DNA from: an uncultured Planctomycetales bacterium
GTDB taxonomy: Bacteria; Omnitrophota; Gorgyraeia; Gygaellales; Profunditerraquicolaceae
DNA: 64,000 nt
Assembly (NCBI GenBank): GCA_964603585.1
Contig: CAZRVK010000007.1
Span: 45,128 to 109,127 of the forward strand
Direction of reading: 5' to 3'
The notes beneath the pieces were generated by a model that saw only the letters and a list, made by a program, of their open reading frames with translations, ran no database searches and was not told the DNA's origin. The position numbers and the translations under genes were made by a program. Below are positions 57,901 to 64,000 of this stretch, in pieces (positions within the stretch are counted from its first letter, which is position 1; every line of letters begins with the position of its first letter).

Positions 57901-60068
57901 TATGTACCCCTCGCATAATTTAATTGCCTTTTAATCTCGACTCCCAGCTCTTCAGCTAAATCCTTAATGTCCATATTGCTGCCGATACTCGCCTGGACAT
58001 TTATATTAATATCTCCAAAGAAATTCTCTCCTACACCGTTCCTACCATTTAAAGGGATCACCGCTTCAGGACCTTTTTCCCCAATTAAAGCAAGTGTCGG
58101 GTCTTCTACAATCCCTCCATTCCCTAAAGTAAGTAATCCTCCTCCGGAAGAAGCCGCTTGCAATCCTTTCATGCCCATAAATAAAGCTGTCCCTGTGCCT
58201 AAAGCGCCAGCAAGTCCTGCTGTTCCGGCGGCATCCGCGGCGCCTAATGTCGCTATTGAAGCAAATACGGCCGCCGGCAACCATGCCGCGGCAACCGTAT
58301 TCGCCTGGGATGTTACTAATGCCGTGATCATATTACCTAAAGCCATTGCTACTAATGCCTGGACACCCCATTCAACAATGAAATTAACGATTGTAGTAAT
58401 CAACATTTTCCCGAAATCCTGAAACGCTTCACTCGCTGTTTTTGTACCTAAAATGATGCTTGATATAGCAGTAGAAAACCCGCTTGAGAATGCCGTAATC
58501 CCTGTGTTTATAAAATCGAATATCCCCTGCCAGATCGTTTTATGCATACTCTGCATTGTCTGCAAAAGACGTGTAGCAGAATCCAAAGTATTCTGCTGAT
58601 TTATTAAATCCTGATTCGATAACTCTGCTTTGACTTTATAATAATTCCTGGCTGCCGTTTCTCCTTCCTGGTAAATCTCAAGCTCGATCTGTTTTGCTTC
58701 GATCCCGTCATTATGAATCTCGAGCTGCTGATCGTAATATTCCTGCAGAGTTATTTGCCCGGAGAGATACTCTTCGTTTAACTCTTTAAGTGCTTGTTTC
58801 TGCTGGTCTATTTTATTGACAGCCTCATCTAATACAGTCAATGTGTCATTAGATGCAACTGCGGAACTTGCAGCCGCATTAGATTCCGTACCGGCTTCTG
58901 TACTGCCTGACTTAGGGAAACTACTATCACTCCATCCGAATTCCATCACTGCGGTTTTAGGTTTACCAAGATTCTTAAAGAAATCTTGAACACGTAACCC
59001 GAATTCTTGAAGTTTTTTACTGTTACTTTCTAACCATTCACCTAACTTCCAACCGGCAAATGCTGCTGCAACGGCTAAAGCGATCGGGTATAAGATTGCC
59101 AAGGATCCTTTTAATGCAGTTATTTGAGCTGTAATCAAAGGCAAAAGCACTTTTAAATTTAATAAAGCCTGGACTAATTGATTAAAAGCCAAGATAAGAG
59201 GCCCTAAGACCAACGAAATCGCGCCGATTGCCAAAGTAGTGCCAGAAATAAACTGGCTTAACTTCGGATGTTCTTCTGACCATTTACGAACAGATACAAC
59301 AACGTTCGTAACCATCGCCACAAGTTTCTCTAATGTCGGTAACAGTAATAAAGAAATATTAAGCCATAACCCAGCGGCCGCTGATTTTAGCGAAGCCATG
59401 CCATCGCTAAAATTGTCAATTGCCTTAGCATTATCTGCGGTTAAAACTACCCCTAACCTATGCGCTTCATCGGAAAGCTTCTGTATGCCATCAGATCCAA
59501 GGTTAAGGATAGGGATCATTGATATCCCCTGCTTTCCAAAGATTTCCATGGCCAAAGCGGTTTTCGCGCTTTCATCTGTTAGGTTTTTGAATTTATCCGC
59601 TATCTTTAGGAAAACCTGTTCGGATTCCAGTAATTTTCCGGTAACTTCATCTTTAAGGCTTATCCCGAGGACCCGGAAGCTTTGATTCATTTTATCGTTG
59701 CCATTAGTAGCTTCATAAATATTGCGGCTTAAATACTTCATTCCCTGGGAAACAGCGGCAAAAGAAGATTCTGTCTGATCTGCGACATACTTAAGTTCGC
59801 TTAATGTCTCAACAGCAATCCCTGTCTGCTGATTTACCTTAAAGATTTCATCCGAAAAATCCACTGAAGACTTTATCATTAAGGCAAATGTTCCAGTAAT
59901 AGCCGCACCAACAGCCGTAAGAGTCAACCCGATTTTATTCGTGTATTCGTTGATCTTTCCGGTGCTGTCTTTTATTAACTTTTCAGCATCTTTCATACCC
60001 TTATTGAGGGTACTCATGTCTGTAGTAATGCTGACTATTAAATCTCCCAAGCTTCCTTCTAATCCCAT
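57900..60068 (-). CDS. phage tail tape-measure protein
   Basis: 722 aa, long alpha-helical/coiled-coil N-half, central TM cluster, Gly/Ala-rich C-terminal segment; preceded by G/GT chaperone. Confidence 0.75.
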   Translation of the reverse strand: MGLEGSLGDLIVSITTDMSTLNKGMKDAEKLIKDSTGKINEYTNKIGLTLTAVGAAITGTFALMIKSSVDFSDEIFKVNQQTGIAVETLSELKYVADQTESSFAAVSQGMKYLSRNIYEATNGNDKMNQSFRVLGISLKDEVTGKLLESEQVFLKIADKFKNLTDESAKTALAMEIFGKQGISMIPILNLGSDGIQKLSDEAHRLGVVLTADNAKAIDNFSDGMASLKSAAAGLWLNISLLLLPTLEKLVAMVTNVVVSVRKWSEEHPKLSQFISGTTLAIGAISLVLGPLILAFNQLVQALLNLKVLLPLITAQITALKGSLAILYPIALAVAAAFAGWKLGEWLESNSKKLQEFGLRVQDFFKNLGKPKTAVMEFGWSDSSFPKSGSTEAGTESNAAASSAVASNDTLTVLDEAVNKIDQQKQALKELNEEYLSGQITLQEYYDQQLEIHNDGIEAKQIELEIYQEGETAARNYYKVKAELSNQDLINQQNTLDSATRLLQTMQSMHKTIWQGIFDFINTGITAFSSGFSTAISSIILGTKTASEAFQDFGKMLITTIVNFIVEWGVQALVAMALGNMITALVTSQANTVAAAWLPAAVFASIATLGAADAAGTAGLAGALGTGTALFMGMKGLQAASSGGGLLTLGNGGIVEDPTLALIGEKGPEAVIPLNGRNGVGENFFGDININVQASIGSNMDIKDLAEELGVEIKRQLNYARGT

Positions 60069-60070
60069 AT

Positions 60071-60777
60071 TTAATTGTCCTCGATTGGCAAACCTTTATC
60101 TTTTAACTGATCTAAAGTTTCGTTCAAATCTTTCTCATCGGGTAACATCTTTTCCAGGAAATCACTAAATTTAGAAGATTTCATTGACCCAAAGGCTGTG
60201 GCCACAGCATACAAAGTGCTTACCGCATTTAACTGCACTTCCTTAAGTTTCTGCTTCTGGATTGTGTCATAATAAAGTTTGATCTGCTCAACGGTTAAAT
60301 TGTTCGCAATATAATCTTTATCCCAACCACATTCCCGGGCTAAAAAGGCTATTGCTTCAACTAAGAAGTCTTCTTTATTCCTTTTAATAGACTTTTTACC
60401 TGGGCGAACAAAAAAGGGAGATCATTAACCTCCGAAATAGCTGTTAAAATCTCGAATTCGTCTTTAATACTGACATTCTCTAAAAGCCATTCTTTTGGCT
60501 TTCCAAGAGCAATTTCGTATATATCGACTAATCTTTCCCCGGCAATATCGATTATGGATTGAAAAAGATTTAATCCTACTTCCATATTTTTCAAATTCAT
60601 ATCCGGATTAACTTTTCCATACTGCAATATCGCTTCAGATATGATCTTCAGAACTTTTGTACGATTAACCAATACGAACGGCTTAATCGCAAACTCCTCG
60701 TTTCCTACTGTTATCTTCTTCCCTTCTGGGTACATGATCTGTAATGGATCGGACATCAAAATGCCTCCTCTTATCAA
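60071..60777 (-). CDS. tail assembly chaperone G with -1 programmed frameshift extension (G-T)
   Basis: 138 aa ORF ends at 60361; slippery heptamer U_UUU_UUG at 60409-60415 in the zero frame (ccT TTT TTG); -1 frame stays open for 105 codons to TAA at 60071-60073, 2 nt before the TMP ATG. Confidence 0.65.
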
Positions 60778-61332
60778 TTAAGCTTTCGTTCTTACGATCT
60801 TAAACAATTTCTTCTTATCCGCTAATGCTGCGTTGCTAAAATCACTCGTACCGTCCATTGCCTGGAATTCAAACGGGAATTCGTGCATATCTTCGGCATT
60901 AAACGAAACAGCGATTTTCCCTGACCCCATGACTTTAAACATCTGCAAGTCAATAGTTGCCCCATCCGGCTGACGATGCACAAACCTCAACGCCCTATTA
61001 CTCATATTCATATCACCGCCGAATTCCATTGTTTCAGCTGCCCCGGATATCGAAGTCATCCCCGCCCCTAAAGCATAGGAAAGATTATCGAGATCCCATT
61101 CAATCCCAGATATCTTAAAACTGACTTTTTCCTCGGTAATATATTGCGCTACTTTTACCTTTGGACTGCCGAGTTTGACTTCCAGAGGAGTTCTTTCAAT
61201 AGTCAACTCGGAATTACCCTTAGTGGCACCAACATCGATTAACGGAGTAGTTCCGGGAACGCCTAAATAAAGAATCCCTGGACCAAAAGAGAACCTTACT
61301 GGATCATAACTTGGTAAGTTATACATTTTCAT
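60778..61332 (-). CDS. major tail protein candidate
   Basis: 184 aa beta-rich protein immediately upstream of chaperone gene. Confidence 0.35.
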   Translation of the reverse strand: MKMYNLPSYDPVRFSFGPGILYLGVPGTTPLIDVGATKGNSELTIERTPLEVKLGSPKVKVAQYITEEKVSFKISGIEWDLDNLSYALGAGMTSISGAAETMEFGGDMNMSNRALRFVHRQPDGATIDLQMFKVMGSGKIAVSFNAEDMHEFPFEFQAMDGTSDFSNAALADKKKLFKIVRTKA

Positions 61333-61559
61333 TCACCCCCTTTCTCTGTTATTTTTTCATCAACAAGAGTATTCCTCTTGCCACATCTTGGGCATGTTTC
61401 AACTACCTTGCCCCCTTCAACTTCAATATATAAATCCTTACGCTTTATTCTGACGGTATTCTTCCCCTCTACAAAACCAAGGATAAACTTACATGCAGAA
61501 CAAAGCCATTTCTCGATCATATCGCCACCGCCATATACCTTGCCGGGAAATGATAACAA
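61329..61559 (-). CDS. small zinc-ribbon protein
   Basis: CSAC...CPRC. Confidence 0.3.
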   Translation of the reverse strand: MLSFPGKVYGGGDMIEKWLCSACKFILGFVEGKNTVRIKRKDLYIEVEGGKVVETCPRCGKRNTLVDEKITEKGGE

Positions 61560-61930
61560 TTAGCATCTTTGTCATACATAACCTGCCCGACTCCTGATTC
61601 TTGGATTTTCATTATTTTTACTCCGATAGTGTTATCTGAAAAACTTTGCCGATGTAGTAATGACCTCACTTGGCCAAAACACGCCAAAACATTATCTACT
61701 GTGTGTTTATCTACCGGGAACCATAAATCAACCTGAAATACCATGTTAACCATATCAGGTACATCGGTCCGCGCTTGCCCGGGCAATAATGCCATTGATA
61801 TCGCAGGATAAACCGGATCATTCACTGAACTGATATGCTCGACATAAACCCGATCGGATACATATCCCGAAATCGTGGAGTCTGCGATAAGAACTGCTCT
61901 GATTTTCTGTAACACTTTAGCTTCAACCAT
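61517..61930 (-). CDS. tail completion/terminator-like protein
   Basis: Size and position upstream of the major tail gene. Confidence 0.3.
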   Translation of the reverse strand: MVEAKVLQKIRAVLIADSTISGYVSDRVYVEHISSVNDPVYPAISMALLPGQARTDVPDMVNMVFQVDLWFPVDKHTVDNVLACFGQVRSLLHRQSFSDNTIGVKIMKIQESGVGQVMYDKDANCYHFPARYMAVAI

Positions 61931-62454
61931 TATTTTGTTTCCATCCCTTGGAAGTGAACTACTAAATCTCTTAAATTCGTTTTAATGTATTCTTTCGTCC
62001 TATTTTTAAAAGCTTCGTTAAATAAGCTTCCTCCTAACACATCCCGGGGAATCATCTTAGACGTACCCCAAATAAGATACTCTGCATATTCTGCAACCAG
62101 TTTATTAAGCCTCACATACGCAGATGCTTTTAACATCGTGCCAATTACACTTGCCTCAACAATCCCGCTCTCTTTACTCTCAAGCAACTTACCTCCTTGA
62201 GTATGTATAGCCCAATAGGGATCATGAATCGGTTTGCCTCTGGATCCATGCCTGGCTGCATACGGATGATCCATTTTCTTTAAATCAGATAAGGAATGAT
62301 CCGTTAAACTCATATTCATAGTTACTTCGACATCTAAATCATCCTTGATATTTGTCATTACTTTATTGACATGTTTTAAGAAATTCTCTTTAAACCTGAC
62401 AATATTTTTCGCAACTCCTTCGGCTCCCGTAACTGGCATTATGAGATCCTCCAT
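61930..62454 (-). CDS. head-tail joining protein candidate
   Basis: Position in module only. Confidence 0.25.
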   Translation of the reverse strand: MEDLIMPVTGAEGVAKNIVRFKENFLKHVNKVMTNIKDDLDVEVTMNMSLTDHSLSDLKKMDHPYAARHGSRGKPIHDPYWAIHTQGGKLLESKESGIVEASVIGTMLKASAYVRLNKLVAEYAEYLIWGTSKMIPRDVLGGSLFNEAFKNRTKEYIKTNLRDLVVHFQGMETK

Positions 62455-62675
62455 TTACCACGCTCAAGGTAACCATGAAAAACCCCTTCTAACAATATCG
62501 ATGGAATCACGGTAATAGTCTCATCCTTATGCTCAATTACTTGATGCTTCGGAATAACTCCCGCATGCGCACCTTTTACCGGAGGGAATATCCACCAAAC
62601 TCCGTTTTGATCTATACCATAATCTCCGGGGCTTAAATGCAACCGTCCATCTTTTCCCAATTTAACTCTGGCCAT
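62439..62675 (-). CDS. hypothetical small phage protein
   Basis: 78 aa. Confidence 0.2.
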   Translation of the reverse strand: MARVKLGKDGRLHLSPGDYGIDQNGVWWIFPPVKGAHAGVIPKHQVIEHKDETITVIPSILLEGVFHGYLERGKWRIS

Positions 62676-63972
62676 TACTCCCTACCTTTGAATGTCCGAA
62701 ACTATGTTCATTTAGAAACTTCAATATTTCTTCTGCCCGGGCTTTAAATGGATGTGTTGGCGGTATTGTTAACAATGTCCTATTTAAAAACTCCTTGGCG
62801 CATTTAATATTAAGCGCTGCCATCTGCTGATTTGAATGCCAAAATCCCGGGTTAATCTCGAGCGATTTCTGAAATGCCTTTAATGCCTTCTGCTCGCCAC
62901 CTTCTTCATTCAAATAGTGCAGGGCAAGGTTAAAGTAAGGCCGAGGATCTTGACCTTCCGTAACGGCAATTTGTTTTTCGTTTAATTCTCCGTAATACTC
63001 CAACTTATTGTCTACAACACCGCTTTTCTTTAAATATCCATAATGATGTAACACCACCGGAGATCGCGCGATATTTAATCCTTGCTTGTTGTTTAATATA
63101 CAAGCCGTATCATCAACCGTTTCGTGGATTATCCCCGTATAAAATATCTCAGGCATATTCCTATATAGCCGCATCGATTCAGTGGATGCATAAACAGGTT
63201 TCTCTCCCCTCATGGTTTTCTTAAGATAATTGATTACATGGAATATAATCGCTTCCGCCTCTGTTTCTGTCATACTAAAGATTACCCGGATATCCTCTTG
63301 ATCGAATTTTTCATCTGCATCAAGCATTAATACCCACCGCTTAGTCGCATGCAACTTCCCGAAGTTACGCGGGATTGAGAAATTATCAACCCAGTCATGA
63401 TGCATTAACTTCACCGGAATAGAAGCGTATTTCGCGAAACATTCAATCTTTTCGATTGTCTTATCGGTTGATCCCGTATCAACAATAACCATTTCATCGA
63501 CTAACGGTTCAATACTCTCCAGACATCCGCTGATACACTTCTCTTCATCCTTAACCATCATGATTAAACTAATGCCATTGTCTGGTACCCACTTTTCTAA
63601 AGTAACATCGGTGTTTATTAAATGATGATAATCATCGTACCCGATATCTGCTTTATTCTTGAAATGATCATTCGCCTGGTAAAACTCAAATTTCTTCTGT
63701 CTTTGTTCGGGCGTATCATAACCCATATGCTTAACGCGGATATTCGACCATCTAAGATTCTCCGGCCCTATCCATGGCGCGGATCCGCAATGATGCCCTT
63801 CCGGATGTTTAGACATAATCTCTTGGTTCTTCATCAGTCTAAAGAATCGATAATTCGTAAACCGGCCAAAAGTAGAATCTGATCGCCAGTATTCTTGATC
63901 TCCCCGTTTATCCCAAATCGTGCGCCAGTTACACCAATAACCGAATACCTCAGGGTTACGCGGATGCATCAT
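62662..63972 (-). CDS. family-2 glycosyltransferase with C-terminal TPR-like region
   Basis: VIVDTGSTDKT and DADE (DxD) GT-A motifs; helical repeat C-terminus. Confidence 0.6.
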   Translation of the reverse strand: MMHPRNPEVFGYWCNWRTIWDKRGDQEYWRSDSTFGRFTNYRFFRLMKNQEIMSKHPEGHHCGSAPWIGPENLRWSNIRVKHMGYDTPEQRQKKFEFYQANDHFKNKADIGYDDYHHLINTDVTLEKWVPDNGISLIMMVKDEEKCISGCLESIEPLVDEMVIVDTGSTDKTIEKIECFAKYASIPVKLMHHDWVDNFSIPRNFGKLHATKRWVLMLDADEKFDQEDIRVIFSMTETEAEAIIFHVINYLKKTMRGEKPVYASTESMRLYRNMPEIFYTGIIHETVDDTACILNNKQGLNIARSPVVLHHYGYLKKSGVVDNKLEYYGELNEKQIAVTEGQDPRPYFNLALHYLNEEGGEQKALKAFQKSLEINPGFWHSNQQMAALNIKCAKEFLNRTLLTIPPTHPFKARAEEILKFLNEHSFGHSKVGSNGQS

Positions 63973-64000
63973 CCTTTGGCATTTATCGATAAACTTATCT

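Overview
This 64 kb window is low-GC bacterial chromosome, almost entirely coded on the minus strand. Several families recognisable by eye (Thi4-type thiazole synthase, RtcB plus archease) are ones I associate with uncultured or candidate-phylum lineages; I have no direct evidence for the source organism. All calls below rest on motifs read by eye from the ORF track and sequence; no database searches were run.

**1-26.5 kb, core-like region.** It holds dnaX, an SGNH hydrolase, a MATE exporter, tRNA-Ser(GCU), tadA, tRNA-Arg(ACG), a class-A beta-lactamase-like hydrolase and a MacB/HlyD/TolC-type tripartite efflux set. A four-gene phosphorelay cluster follows (PAS protein, Cache-HAMP histidine kinase, tandem-REC regulator, REC-HK hybrid) with an AbrB-like gene next to it. 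Further on are a YdbH-like protein beside a fused YnbE-YdbL lipoprotein, an unannotated rubredoxin beside a 2+2 inverted repeat array, and periplasmic MsrB-MsrA. A TPP riboswitch with a terminator expression platform sits in front of thi4. A PilZ protein and a GATase1 protein close the block.

**26.6-28.7 kb, Cys-peptide locus.** Four paralogous small Cys-rich peptide genes (59-103 aa) share conserved palindromic promoter/leader elements. Two of them are not in the ORF track at their correct size. They sit with a metallothionein-like secreted protein and a small EamA permease.

**28.8-43.9 kb, integrative island.** A roughly 15 kb element is inserted at tRNA-Ser(GGA), with a ~25 bp direct repeat of the tRNA 3' end at 28822-28848. 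It has the hallmarks of a phage satellite: tyrosine integrase, excisionase-like protein, serine recombinase, XRE repressor with iterated GTGAATTTATTCAC operators, a TerS-like protein, a HUH Rep with an origin-like hairpin/iteron region, and a UvrD-like helicase. Its cargo is a Type I-like restriction-modification module (a nuclease-domain::HsdM fusion, HsdS, a GIY-YIG protein, no HsdR) plus several unknown genes that are candidate defence genes.

**43.9-50.5 kb.** Three tRNA-Ser genes (GGA, CGA, UGA) are interleaved with a hydrolase, an NTF2-like lipoprotein and a GGDEF cyclase, next to serS. rtcB, archease and tRNA-Lys(CUU) follow.

**50.5-64 kb, prophage tail/late region.** Two consensus sigma70 promoters drive an atypical class-I tRNA-like gene with anticodon GCU and a short antisense RNA ending in a GNRA-tetraloop terminator. 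A small protein here is paralogous to one inside the island. The tape-measure gene is preceded by a canonical G/GT tail-chaperone -1 frameshift (slippery site U_UUU_UUG). Tail, baseplate and fibre genes follow, with many tiny Zn-ribbon and holin-like genes and a GT2-TPR glycosyltransferase. No endolysin was recognised.
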